From contig JBGPNN010000003.1 of assembly GCA_041487495.1 (NCBI GenBank), positions 1 to 38,130 on the forward strand: 38,130 nt of DNA, in the 5' to 3' direction. The translations under genes were made by a program, and so were the position numbers. Shown here one piece after another: positions 28,373-37,791 of the stretch (its first letter is position 1; each line of letters opens with the position of its first letter). The DNA comes from a bacterium. GTDB taxonomy: Bacteria; Sysuimicrobiota; Sysuimicrobiia; Sysuimicrobiales; Humicultoraceae. Below the pieces are notes generated by a model that was given only the letters and a program-made list of their open reading frames with translations, was not told where the DNA came from and did not search any database.

Positions 28373-31300
28373 CACCGGGACCGAGCGAGAGTGGCGGGGC
28401 CGGCCCGAGCGAGCGCCGTGTCGTCACGGTGTTGTTCGCGGACATCGCCGGCTTCACGGCCATGGCGGAGCGCCTCGATCCCGAAACGGTTACCGACGCG
28501 ATGAACGTGATCTTCGCGCTGCTGGGCGCCGAGGTCGAGGCCGTCGGCGGCACCGTGGACAAGGTGATCGGCGACAATCTCATGGCGCTCTTTGGCGCCC
28601 CGGTCGCCCACGAAGATGACGCCCTGCGCGCGGTACGGGCGGCACGCGCCATGCAGCGGGGGATCGCGGCGCAACAGTCCGATCTGCAAAGGACCCTGGG
28701 TGGAGCGGTCCGCTTGCGCATCGGCATCCACACCGGACAGGTGGTCTGGGGTGCCGTGGGCCCTCCGGGGCAGACGCGGCCGACGGTCATGGGTGACACG
28801 GTGAACCTGGCCTCGCGGTTGCAGCGGGCGTCGCCGGAAGGCGGAGTGGTAGTCTCGGAGGCCGTGTGGCGTCAGGTGCGCGCGCACTACGAGGGGACAG
28901 CCTGGGAGCCGCTAGCGGTAAGGGGTAGGGCCGACGCCGTCGCCGTCTACGAAATCACCGGCGATCGGACGGGCGCCGAACCGTTGGAGCGGCCGCCGTT
29001 TGTGGATCGTCATGAAGAACTTGACCAACTGGATGACCTGTTTGCCCGTGCAACCCGGGGACGGGCGCAGGTGGCCATCATCACCGGCGATCCGGGCATC
29101 GGGAAGACCCGGCTGGTGGAGGAGTTCCTGTCGCGGCTGGCCGGTGATATCTCGATCCTGAGCACCACGTGCCTGCCGTATGGCGGGCAGAGTCTGAGCC
29201 CGCTGTCCGATCTGTTCCGCCAGTTCGCCGGGTTGTCGGGGCCGGTCACCCTACAGGATGTCGAGGCGCGGGTCGCGATGGGCGAACGAACCGCCCAGGC
29301 GGCCGTCATCCTCAGCCGGCTGTTCAATCTGGTTGAGATCCCGAGCGGCACGGACGTCAGTCAGGAGACCGCACTCTTGGTCGCGGCCGAAGCCATTCGC
29401 GGGATGATGAGGCGGGCGACAGTCGTCTGGATCGAAGACCTCCAGTGGGCCGATACCGGGACGCGCGAAGTCCTGCCGTTTGTCGTCGAACGCCTGGGTG
29501 AAACGCCTCTGCTCCTGATCGGGACGATACGCACCGGTGAGGCGCCACCGGTCTGGGGTCGACGGACGTCGGTCCGGACGTTGCCGCTCGACCCGTTGTC
29601 CGCCGACGATGCCGCCGCGCTGATCGCGGGGATCCTGGGCGAACGCCTCCCGGCCACCGTCGAGCACGCGCTCGTGGCCAAGGCCGCCGGTAATCCGTTC
29701 TACCTTAGCGAGATGTTGGCCACGTTGCGCGGTCGGGGGATCCTGGCGCTGGATGATCGCGGCCGATGGCGCGTCACCGGTTCCGTGGAAGATGTGTTGC
29801 CCGATACCGTGCATGCAGCGGTACTGGCGCGGCTCGACCGGTTGGCGCCCGATCTTCGGGCGCTGGTGCAGCGCGCATCGGTTGTAGGCACCGTGTTCCG
29901 GCAGTCCCTTGTTGCCGCGCTGGGTCGAGAGGTCGATATCGCTGGAGCGCTCGGCCAACTCGAGGACGCCGGTTTGATACGGCGCGCGGATCCGCTGGCC
30001 CCCGATCCCGAGTACGCGTTCGCACACCCGCTCCTGCGCGAGGTGGCATACGCCAGTTTGCTGACGAAGCACCAAACCGGTCTGCACCGAGAGATCGCGG
30101 AGATGACAGAGCGCCTCTACCCAGAGGCGCGTGATGAACAGGCGAAGGCCATCGCCACGCACTTCGTCCAGGCGGGCGATCCGCAGCGGGCGCTGCCGTA
30201 CCTGGTGACAGCGGGCGAGCGAGCTGCGAGACAATACGCGACCGGTGAGGCGATCCAGCTGCTCGAGCAGGCGCGGCGTCTGGCGGAAGACGCCGGCCAT
30301 GCCGAGTTGTGCGTGCCTGCATGTGAGCTGCTCGGTGATCTGTATCTGCACGTGCATGAGCGTGGTCCGAAGGACTGGCGCAGCGTCTGGGAGTTCGTGT
30401 ACGCGCACGTCGACCCGGCAGCAGATCCGATCCGGCGGGCTCGGGCGGCAATCCGGATCGCCCATGCCCTGTTCCACGAGAATCGGGCGGGGGAGACCGG
30501 CCCATACTTGGACGAGGCCGAGATGCTCATCCCCGCCGGCCACGTCCTCGAGAGCGACCTGCGCCGCGTCAGGGCGTTGACGCAGATCATGGCCACACGC
30601 TATCGGGACGCATTGGAGAACGCGGTGGAGGCCGTGCGCATTGCCGAGCGAGCGGGGACTATGGTGGATCGTTCGCGCGCGTATGCCGTGGTTGCGCATC
30701 CAGCCATCCTTCCGCTGCTGGGCGACGAGGGGCGCCGCATGATGAGTGCGTGGGTGAATCAGGTCGAGGCGACGGGCGACGAGCGGCTCTTGATCGAGGC
30801 CCGGCACCTCCTGCTCACCGACATCTGGACACGCGGAATCGTGGACACGGATCTGCTCAAGACGGTCGACGAAGCGCTGGGCAAGGCAGAGGACTACGGG
30901 TGGACGCGTGATGAGGCCGCGCTCAAAATGCTGCGGGGCTGGGCAGAGTTCCTGACGGGCGACTGGGTCGCGGCCGGCCGGTCCCTCGCCCGCGCGAAGG
31001 AGCTGATCGACCGCCAGGCGGGTGTCTTGCAGGGCTACTTGCACATCCTGCTGCCGCACTTCCGCGCCAACCTGGCCATGGCCCTGGGGCACCTGGAGGA
31101 GGCACAGCGGATCTTCGAGGAAGCGCTGGCCAAGCCGGGCCTCCACTCACCCATCTGGTTGAATCATGACCTGGCCCGGTGTCTGTTGATGCTGGGTGGT
31201 GAGCCGGCGGCCCGCGCGGCCATGCGGCTGTCGCTTGAGGCCAGGGATCGATTCGGCTGCATCATCTGTGGCTGTCAGGCGAACGGGGTGGCCGCGGAGT

Positions 31301-31674
31301 TCTATGCCACATTGGGCGACGCCGGTCCCGCGGAGACGCTGGCGCTTGAGGCTGAAGCGACCGCGCGGCGTCTCGGGCATGTGGCGACGCTCGTCCGCGC
31401 CCAACGGGCCCGCTCACGCCTGGCGCTGTATCGAGGCACCGCCCAGGATGCCCTCACAATGGCCAGGGCAGCCATCGATGTCGGTGCATCGTTCCCGATC
31501 GCGCAGCCCTATGAGTCGGGTCAGTCGCTGGCACTGCTCGGGCATGCGTACAAGGCGGCCGGAGACCGAGCGGCGGCAGTCGAGACATGGACCGCGGCGC
31601 GTGAGATCTTCAGCCGACTCGGCGCCGCGTGGCACATGGCGAGGACCGAAGAGGTACTGCAGGAGGTACAGTAG
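28369..31674 (+). CDS. Adenylate cyclase (class III) - STAND/AAA ATPase - TPR multidomain protein
   Basis: FADIAGFT, DKVIGD, TVMGDTVNLASRLQ; Walker A GDPGIGKT, Walker B WIEDLQWAD, GNP, FAHPLLREVAY; helical-repeat C-terminus. Confidence 0.92.
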   Translation: MTPGPSESGGAGPSERRVVTVLFADIAGFTAMAERLDPETVTDAMNVIFALLGAEVEAVGGTVDKVIGDNLMALFGAPVAHEDDALRAVRAARAMQRGIAAQQSDLQRTLGGAVRLRIGIHTGQVVWGAVGPPGQTRPTVMGDTVNLASRLQRASPEGGVVVSEAVWRQVRAHYEGTAWEPLAVRGRADAVAVYEITGDRTGAEPLERPPFVDRHEELDQLDDLFARATRGRAQVAIITGDPGIGKTRLVEEFLSRLAGDISILSTTCLPYGGQSLSPLSDLFRQFAGLSGPVTLQDVEARVAMGERTAQAAVILSRLFNLVEIPSGTDVSQETALLVAAEAIRGMMRRATVVWIEDLQWADTGTREVLPFVVERLGETPLLLIGTIRTGEAPPVWGRRTSVRTLPLDPLSADDAAALIAGILGERLPATVEHALVAKAAGNPFYLSEMLATLRGRGILALDDRGRWRVTGSVEDVLPDTVHAAVLARLDRLAPDLRALVQRASVVGTVFRQSLVAALGREVDIAGALGQLEDAGLIRRADPLAPDPEYAFAHPLLREVAYASLLTKHQTGLHREIAEMTERLYPEARDEQAKAIATHFVQAGDPQRALPYLVTAGERAARQYATGEAIQLLEQARRLAEDAGHAELCVPACELLGDLYLHVHERGPKDWRSVWEFVYAHVDPAADPIRRARAAIRIAHALFHENRAGETGPYLDEAEMLIPAGHVLESDLRRVRALTQIMATRYRDALENAVEAVRIAERAGTMVDRSRAYAVVAHPAILPLLGDEGRRMMSAWVNQVEATGDERLLIEARHLLLTDIWTRGIVDTDLLKTVDEALGKAEDYGWTRDEAALKMLRGWAEFLTGDWVAAGRSLARAKELIDRQAGVLQGYLHILLPHFRANLAMALGHLEEAQRIFEEALAKPGLHSPIWLNHDLARCLLMLGGEPAARAAMRLSLEARDRFGCIICGCQANGVAAEFYATLGDAGPAETLALEAEATARRLGHVATLVRAQRARSRLALYRGTAQDALTMARAAIDVGASFPIAQPYESGQSLALLGHAYKAAGDRAAAVETWTAAREIFSRLGAAWHMARTEEVLQEVQ

Positions 31675-31677
31675 ACG

Positions 31678-32115
31678 ATGGAGGGTCACGCGATGCCGGA
31701 ACGGGATGACATCGTCAACAGCATGGCCTCACTGGCGATGTTCGCCGATCTCTCGAAGCCGCAGCTGGAGGCCACGGCGCACATTTTCGAAGAGGAATGG
31801 TTTGCCGAAGGCCAGCGGATCCTCAGGCAAGGGTTCTCCGGGTCCAACTTCTATGTGATCCTCGAGGGCGAGGCGGCCATCCGGATCAACGACGAGACGC
31901 GGGCGGTCCTGGCGCGCGGCGAGTTCTTCGGTGAGGTGTCGGTGCTGCTCGGCGAGGCCCCGACCGCCGATGTGGTCGCGCTCCGGCCGCTGCGCTGCAT
32001 CGTGCTGCCGGGTGCCGAGGTCGAATCGTTCCTGGTGTCCTATCCGCATGTGATGTACCGGATGCTGCAGGCGCAGGCTCGGCGCTTGCGTAGCGCCAAC
32101 CTATGGCGAGGCTGA
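31678..32115 (+). CDS. Stand-alone cyclic nucleotide-binding domain protein (alternative start 31693)
   Basis: ILRQG...FYVILEGEA...GEFFGEVSVL fold motifs; no HTH domain. Confidence 0.88.
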   Translation: MEGHAMPERDDIVNSMASLAMFADLSKPQLEATAHIFEEEWFAEGQRILRQGFSGSNFYVILEGEAAIRINDETRAVLARGEFFGEVSVLLGEAPTADVVALRPLRCIVLPGAEVESFLVSYPHVMYRMLQAQARRLRSANLWRG

Positions 32116-33596
32116 TGGAACGGCCCTTCCCGCCGGGCCGCTACCCGCTGATCGTTGTCGGCAGCGGTCCGGGCGGTCTCCAGCTCAGTTACGTCCTCCG
32201 CCGGCTGGGCGTAGACCACGCGCTCCTCTCGCAAGATCCCGGTCCGGGCGGCATGTTCCTGCGGTACCCGCTGTTCCAACGGCTTAACACCTGGTCGAAA
32301 CCGTACGCACCGGCTGAGCGCGGCACGCGACCGTACGAGTGGTACGACTGGAACAGCCTGGTGGGGGATGTTCCCGAGCACGGGTCGACCGTCAGCGAGT
32401 TCATGGACGGGGTGTCATACTTCCCGGCCCGGACCGAAATGTGTCGAGGGCTATCGACGTTCGCTGCGCGGGGGCAAGTCCAGGCTCGGTACGATTGCCG
32501 TTGGGAGGGGACGCGTCGCGACGGCGACGGGTTCGTGTTACACACCTCTGACGGCGAGTATCAGTGTCAGGCGGTCGTCTTCGCCGTTGGCATGGCCCAG
32601 CCGTGGAAACCTCCGATCTCTGGCTTGGAGGACGTCCCACACTACGTTGAGACAAAGCCCGCCCGCGAGTATGCGGGCAAGCGCATCTTCATTATCGGCA
32701 AGCGGAACTCGGGGTTCGAAATCGCCGACGCCTTGTTGCCCTGGGCGAAGCAGATCATCCTGGGGTCGCCACGGCCGCCGATCATCTCAGTGTTCCATTC
32801 CGGCGCGGGTGTACGGGCCAAATACCTGATTCCGTACGAGGATTACGTGATGGGCGGCGGCGTGACCATCCTGGACGCATCTATCGAACGGGTTGAGCGA
32901 GAGGGAGAGGGGTTTCGGGTCTTCACGTCCGGCCCGGCGATCGGGCCGGTGCAGTTTGTTGTCGATTGCGCGATTGCGGCTACCGGGTTCACCTCGCCGC
33001 TCGGCGACCTCCCGGCGCTGGGCGTCGCGACCTTCAATCATGGTCGGCTCCCCCGCATGACGCACTACTGGGAGAGCGCCTCCGTCCCGGGCATCTACTT
33101 CGCCGGCACCGTGACCCAGGGCGCCCCTGGTCTTCGCAAGCACGGAGCCGCCGGCAACTCGGCCGCCGTCGGGGGGTTCCGTCACAATGCCAGGGTCCTG
33201 GCCCGGCATCTCGCGCACGAGCGCTTCGGCATCCGCCTGCCGGGGCAGCCGCTGCGCCGGGATGAGGTCACATCCTATCTGCTGTCCGAAGCGACCCGAG
33301 CGCCGGAGTTGTGGAATCAGCAGGCCTACCTGGCACGCGTCATCACGTTCGATCCCGGCGCGGGTATTGTCGACGATGGGATCCAGCCGCTGGCGGCGTT
33401 CGTGGACTCACCGGGCCTGGATGCCGTGGCCGTGAGCGTAGAACTCGATGCCAACGGCGCGATGCATCCAGGTATCTACCTGCGACGCGGCGGCCATGTC
33501 AGCGAGCATGCGCTGCCCGGCGATCCTCTGCTGAACTTCGAACGTGACCGGCACAAGACGGAGTTGGAGAGCCTGCTGAAAGACATCCCCGCTTAG
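32115..33596 (+). CDS. FAD/NAD(P)-dependent oxidoreductase (FOXRED2-like)
   Basis: VGSGPGG, PGGMF, YDWNSL, IIGKRNSGFE, ATGF, GIYFAGT, VGGFRHN; TGATG coupling to the cNMP gene. Confidence 0.82.
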   Translation: MERPFPPGRYPLIVVGSGPGGLQLSYVLRRLGVDHALLSQDPGPGGMFLRYPLFQRLNTWSKPYAPAERGTRPYEWYDWNSLVGDVPEHGSTVSEFMDGVSYFPARTEMCRGLSTFAARGQVQARYDCRWEGTRRDGDGFVLHTSDGEYQCQAVVFAVGMAQPWKPPISGLEDVPHYVETKPAREYAGKRIFIIGKRNSGFEIADALLPWAKQIILGSPRPPIISVFHSGAGVRAKYLIPYEDYVMGGGVTILDASIERVEREGEGFRVFTSGPAIGPVQFVVDCAIAATGFTSPLGDLPALGVATFNHGRLPRMTHYWESASVPGIYFAGTVTQGAPGLRKHGAAGNSAAVGGFRHNARVLARHLAHERFGIRLPGQPLRRDEVTSYLLSEATRAPELWNQQAYLARVITFDPGAGIVDDGIQPLAAFVDSPGLDAVAVSVELDANGAMHPGIYLRRGGHVSEHALPGDPLLNFERDRHKTELESLLKDIPA

Positions 33597-34021
33597 TGGC
33601 GGTGCGTGTCCTCCGCCGCGCGCAGACGCCGGGCCATCACGCGGAGCATGCCGACGGCGATCTTTGGATTGCGCTCGACCAGCTTGGTGAAGTCCCAGGA
33701 GGCCAGGGCCAGGCACACGGTCGGTTCAGCGGCGAGGATATGCGCCATCCGCGGCGACTGGTCCAGGACCGAGAGCTCCCCAAAGAAATCTCCCGGGCCG
33801 AGCACCGCGAGTTCATCGCTGCCCCGCAGCACGCGTGCGCGGCCGCTGACGATGAGATAGAATCCGGTACCGACTTGGTTCTGCCGCACGATGTATTGGC
33901 CAGGGGTGTAGGCGAGGACTTCGGCTTTGGAGGCGATGGTGCCGAGCGCGCGATCGGTCAGACCGGAGAACAACGCTACGCTACGCAGGTGCTCGATCTT
34001 GGCTTTTCTCGTCAGCGTCAT
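33593..34021 (-). CDS. Stand-alone cyclic nucleotide-binding domain protein
   Basis: IVRQ...FYLIVSG...GDFFGELSVLDQSPRMA canonical phosphate-binding cassette. Confidence 0.9.
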   Translation of the reverse strand: MTLTRKAKIEHLRSVALFSGLTDRALGTIASKAEVLAYTPGQYIVRQNQVGTGFYLIVSGRARVLRGSDELAVLGPGDFFGELSVLDQSPRMAHILAAEPTVCLALASWDFTKLVERNPKIAVGMLRVMARRLRAAEDTHRH

Positions 34022-34057
34022 CGCTCGTCCGGTTCGACGGGATGTCGATCGGTCCTC

Positions 34058-34603
34058 CTATTTGGAGAGATCACCGGGCTTGAAGGAACGCAACACGCTA
34101 TCGCAAAGTCGCTGACGCGTGCGCCACTCCGTCAGCGGCGCGGCGCAGATGAGATAGTGCAGGCGCTGCGGCCCGGTGATCAGCAGCCCTACCGATGCCC
34201 ACTCACGACCCCGCGTCGATCCGGTCAGCTCAAAGCGATACCATACGACCTGCTCCGTACTGGCATCGGTGCGCTGGAAACCGGAGACGCCGTGCATCGG
34301 CAGGAGGTTCATGGCCAGACGCCGGACTTCATATTCGGGCAGCGGTCCGGCGTCCGCGCGGGTCATCACGACGATGAACTCGGTCGCGCTGACCTCCGGG
34401 GCGTCGCCCTGTGGCAACGCCCGCGGCAGGAACCAGACGCGCCTGGCGTCGTCGGTCTCCACCGTCTGCCACGAGGCGGGCCGTTCGATCGCGAACCCGT
34501 GACGATCGCTGGTGTAGACCTGGGAGGACTCCCCGCCCGGCGCGCGGCCGCAGCCGGCCGCGAGGATAACGGCCAGAACGGCGAGCACGGTGGCAATCCT
34601 CAC
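34058..34603 (-). CDS. Lipoprotein, PsbP/Mog1-like
   Basis: Lipobox LAAG|C, Y.S..HGFAIERPASW and terminal SFKP patterns. Confidence 0.7.
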   Translation of the reverse strand: MRIATVLAVLAVILAAGCGRAPGGESSQVYTSDRHGFAIERPASWQTVETDDARRVWFLPRALPQGDAPEVSATEFIVVMTRADAGPLPEYEVRRLAMNLLPMHGVSGFQRTDASTEQVVWYRFELTGSTRGREWASVGLLITGPQRLHYLICAAPLTEWRTRQRLCDSVLRSFKPGDLSK

Positions 34604-34723
34604 GGTCGTTCTCTACGCCGCGTGGGCAACCGGCGCCTGCCGCCGTGCCGGGTGGCCGGCGGCGAGGGCGTGCCTTGCCGGAATGCCGGCGCCGCGGCAT
34701 GATGACCGCAGGAGGCTCGCCGG

Positions 34724-35383
34724 ATGATCGATGTGCACATCGACAGCTCTGCAGCGCCGCATCTGAGCGTAGCGGTCGTGGAGGCGGAGGGCCTCACCGT
34801 TACCGAGTACGATCCAGCGCTCCGGAGCGAAATTGATGCGGTGACCGCGCGAGTGCGATTGGCCTACGCGGGCCGGCAGCCCTCCGAGATCGCCGGCCTG
34901 CGGCCGGCGCGTGACCTCTATCATCGCATCGGAGTCGATCCCACGAAGCTCCGGCCGTCATCCGAAGCGTTGCTGAGGCGCGTGCTGCGGGGCGACGGCC
35001 TGCCGAAGATCAACTCACTGGTGGATATCAACAACCTGTGCTCGTTGGAGTTCCTGCTGCCAATCGGTCTGCACGATCTGGACCAGGTGCGGGGCAAGCT
35101 GGTGCTGCGGGTCGGCCGCTCCGGCGAAGGATACGAGGCCATCGGAAAGGGCGCGTACAGTGTCGACGGTCGTATCACGGCCGCCGACGACCAAGGGCCG
35201 TGTGGCAGCCCGACCAGTGACTCGCAGCGCACGATGATTACGCCGGTCACCCGGCGCTGCCTCATGATCGTCTACGCGCCGGTCGGGTATGAGCCCCGCA
35301 CGCTCGAGTCACACGCGGCGTTGGCGGCGTCGCGCCTCAGCCGGTTCGCCGGCGGCACCGTCGTGCAGACCCGGATCTTGTGA
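34724..35383 (+). CDS. Stand-alone B3/B4 domain protein (PheT-like tRNA editing domain)
   Basis: GVDPTKLRPSSEALLRR, INSLVDINN, PIGLHDLD, GSPTSDS. Confidence 0.88.
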   Translation: MIDVHIDSSAAPHLSVAVVEAEGLTVTEYDPALRSEIDAVTARVRLAYAGRQPSEIAGLRPARDLYHRIGVDPTKLRPSSEALLRRVLRGDGLPKINSLVDINNLCSLEFLLPIGLHDLDQVRGKLVLRVGRSGEGYEAIGKGAYSVDGRITAADDQGPCGSPTSDSQRTMITPVTRRCLMIVYAPVGYEPRTLESHAALAASRLSRFAGGTVVQTRIL

Positions 35384-35388
35384 CCAGA

Positions 35389-35922
35389 TCACGGTTTCCA
35401 CTTGATACCGCAACCCTTCGGCGGCGTCGCCGTGCTCGCAGGATCTCGGCCCGCCAACAGTGCGTCGACCGCGTCGCGCACGTAGTGATGGGTCACGGCG
35501 GTCGGATCCTCAAAGTTGTCATCCGGCGCGCCGTGGTAGCGCAGCACCCGTGCGCGGTCAAAGAGGAAGACCTCGGGCGTGCGGGTGGCGCCGAACCGCC
35601 GCGCCACTTCCTGTGTCTCATCGAACAGATAGGGGAAGGGATAGGCTTTCTCACGCACGCGGGTGGCCATCGCCTCGAAGGAGTCGTCGGGATACGCGGC
35701 CGGATCGTTGCTGCTGATCATGATGAGCTGAACCCCTCGGCCGGCATACGCGCGCTGCAACGCGATCATCCGGTCCTCCCAGGCCTTCACGTAAGGGCAG
35801 TGATTGCACCAGAAGACGACGCCCACCACCGGGCTGCTCGCGAACTGGTCCGATGAAACCGTGGTCCCGTCGGTTGCCGGTAGGCTGAACGACACGAGCC
35901 GTTCGTGCAGTGCGAGTGGCAT
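35389..35922 (-). CDS. Thioredoxin/AhpC-TSA family protein
   Basis: FWCNHCPYV, ISSND..YPDDSF, FPYLFDETQEVA, TPEVF, GCGIKW. Confidence 0.9.
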   Translation of the reverse strand: MPLALHERLVSFSLPATDGTTVSSDQFASSPVVGVVFWCNHCPYVKAWEDRMIALQRAYAGRGVQLIMISSNDPAAYPDDSFEAMATRVREKAYPFPYLFDETQEVARRFGATRTPEVFLFDRARVLRYHGAPDDNFEDPTAVTHHYVRDAVDALLAGRDPASTATPPKGCGIKWKP

Positions 35923-36254
35923 CAGCACTCTCCTTGTGCGGGATCCTGTCGCGCTCGCACCGCCTGCCTGATCATCGTGGCCGTCGGCAGCGGTGAGAGG
36001 CGGCCGGTCTCTGTACGATACGTCCGGCACGTGAGCATCGCGGTACCCTGTACGCCTTCGGGCTGCAGGTCGACCCCATTGAGGCGGATCGTCGGCGATC
36101 CCGGGAACCGGTGACGCTCCGCATCTGCTTGCGAGTCGATGCGGACGATCTCCACCGGATCCACGACGCCCTCTTCACGCAAGATCGCACGCAGCCGGGC
36201 CAGCGCGTCCGGATGTGAAGGACAATCTTCCCAGTACAGGAATTCAATCTTCAT
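35922..36254 (-). CDS. Small thioredoxin-like protein (DUF2703 / DF-family-like)
   Basis: LYWEDCPSH, FPGSPTIRLNGVD, CRTY; stop overlaps the next ATG. Confidence 0.8.
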   Translation of the reverse strand: MKIEFLYWEDCPSHPDALARLRAILREEGVVDPVEIVRIDSQADAERHRFPGSPTIRLNGVDLQPEGVQGTAMLTCRTYRTETGRLSPLPTATMIRQAVRARQDPAQGEC

Positions 36255-36316
36255 TGATCGGGGACGCCTCGTCCCGCGTACTTTTTAACGATCAGGACCC
36301 CGATCCTCTTCCCAGT

Positions 36317-36607
36317 ATGGCTCCGGATCGCCCGCGAGGAGGGGAACGCATCGCTATCGTCAGGAGCCGGTGGTTCGGGGTCGTGGTCACGACGGACTAC
36401 CGGCCGCGCACCGATGTCGAACGCTGGCAGATCCAGGACCGGTTGGCGCTGCGGCTTCAGCGGATGGGACATGCGGCACGGCCGCGTTTCTACGAGGGGC
36501 CGGGCGGCCGGCTCGCGTTTCGCATTCGGTTGGGCTGGAGGCCTGCGGCGGCCATGCTGCGCGGCCTGGACTCGAGCGACGAACCGGACGGCGCCTCAAG
36601 CGCATGA
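36317..36607 (+). CDS. Hypothetical protein
   Basis: Fills the gap and has an ATGA overlap with the next gene; no recognisable motif. Confidence 0.5.
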   Translation: MAPDRPRGGERIAIVRSRWFGVVVTTDYRPRTDVERWQIQDRLALRLQRMGHAARPRFYEGPGGRLAFRIRLGWRPAAAMLRGLDSSDEPDGASSA

Positions 36608-36897
36608 GCGGCGGGCCATCGGCCGTTGCGGGTGTCCTGGGACTGGCGGGTGCCGTCCTGGTGTTCACGGCCAGCGCCGCGATCGGCGCGCTCGTGGCCG
36701 CCCTCATCGCGGCGAGGGAGCGCCTGCGCGGCCCCAAGCGCTTGGCGATCTACGGTGCAGCCTGCGGCACCCTGCTGGTCTCGGGGGCCGTCCTCACGCG
36801 AAGCGAGGCCCGCACGGTAGTCCTTGGCTTCGCCCTGGTGCCGTTCGTTGTGGGGTTTGTGATCGCGCGGGTCGATCTCCGGCGGACGCCGAAGTGA
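36604..36897 (+). CDS. Hypothetical small membrane protein
   Basis: Three hydrophobic segments, coupled start. Confidence 0.6.
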   Translation: MSGGPSAVAGVLGLAGAVLVFTASAAIGALVAALIAARERLRGPKRLAIYGAACGTLLVSGAVLTRSEARTVVLGFALVPFVVGFVIARVDLRRTPK

Positions 36898-36906
36898 TCG
36901 ACGCGT

Positions 36907-37710
36907 TCAGCGCGGCTGGCAGTTCAGGCAGTGATTGGTGACCTGGAGGACCATGACGCCATCGACCCGACCGAGGCCGGGGATGTCGGTCAAGCCGTCG
37001 CCGATAAGCTCTCGCCAGAAGGGCCGGCCACCGACCATCACAAAGGTCAACCGGCTGCCCACCTTGCCCCAGTCGTACCACAGCGTCACCTGGTGGACCA
37101 GGCCGGTGTCGTCCACCATCGCCTGAAGGGAGTAGGGGCCCGGCGCCGGGCGCACGATCTGGTGCCGCTGGCTCGGCGCGAAGAGCCACTTGGCGAATGC
37201 GCGCCGAGCGGTGGCGTCCTTTAAGAACACCTGCTGGTTGTACTTCGTCATGAACTCGGTGACGATGTCCTGCCGCACGCCGCCCAGCACATAGCGGCCG
37301 TCGCTGCGCTCTTCCAGGATAAAGATATCCTGGGTCGGGATGAACTCCCCGGGCTTCTGTTCGGACTCGATCAGATTTGTCAGGATGGTCCGCATCGAGT
37401 TGCTGAACGGCCGCAGGAGCAGCGGTATGTCCAGCCTGGTAATCGTGGCTTTGCGTGTGCGCGGGTCGCCGTTGGCCGCGCGCGACTCGAACAGCGTGCC
37501 GACAGCGACGATCGGGATCCTCCCCGTAGAGAGGTTGACGGTAAGGCGGGAGTTGAAGTCCGCGGTCAGCGTGTACGGCTGCGGGTGGGGTTCGGTGATG
37601 ACCTTTGCGATCAGCGCATCGACAGTGACCGTTTGGCCAGTCGCGGCCGCGGCAAACGTCAGCACACACGCCAGAACAAGCGTCGCCCTCGGGCGGGCGA
37701 TTGAGTACAT
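36907..37710 (-). CDS. Hypothetical secreted protein
   Basis: Signal peptide (ATLVLACVLTFAAAATG|Q), GC3-biased codons, C-terminal CLNC. Confidence 0.7.
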   Translation of the reverse strand: MYSIARPRATLVLACVLTFAAAATGQTVTVDALIAKVITEPHPQPYTLTADFNSRLTVNLSTGRIPIVAVGTLFESRAANGDPRTRKATITRLDIPLLLRPFSNSMRTILTNLIESEQKPGEFIPTQDIFILEERSDGRYVLGGVRQDIVTEFMTKYNQQVFLKDATARRAFAKWLFAPSQRHQIVRPAPGPYSLQAMVDDTGLVHQVTLWYDWGKVGSRLTFVMVGGRPFWRELIGDGLTDIPGLGRVDGVMVLQVTNHCLNCQPR

Positions 37711-37791
37711 GGCAGAACTATTATAGTTGCAGTCTCCGTAGAGGGGAAGGGAGGATCGCCGGGGCGCATGGGCATATAGGAGGGAGAGGCC

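Noticed and set aside
29251-31146. 631-aa antisense ORF inside the cyclase gene, and similar long shadow ORFs such as 3160-4758, 284-1339 and 9579-10670
   Set aside because: They lie opposite well-supported genes, show no motifs, and are expected from high-GC codon bias.
26458-34021. Calling the cluster Pycsar or CBASS
   Set aside because: The cyclase has adenine-specifying residues and a STAND-TPR tail, the cNMP proteins lack TIR or TM effector domains, and there is no CD-NTase.
33596-34702. 368-aa plus-strand ORF after the oxidoreductase
   Set aside because: It is antisense to the cNMP and lipoprotein genes, which have clear motifs.
36261-36286. GGGACG/CGTCCC mini-hairpin before a T run
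   Set aside because: Short stem separated from the T run and located in a divergent gap, so more likely chance or promoter sequence than a terminator.
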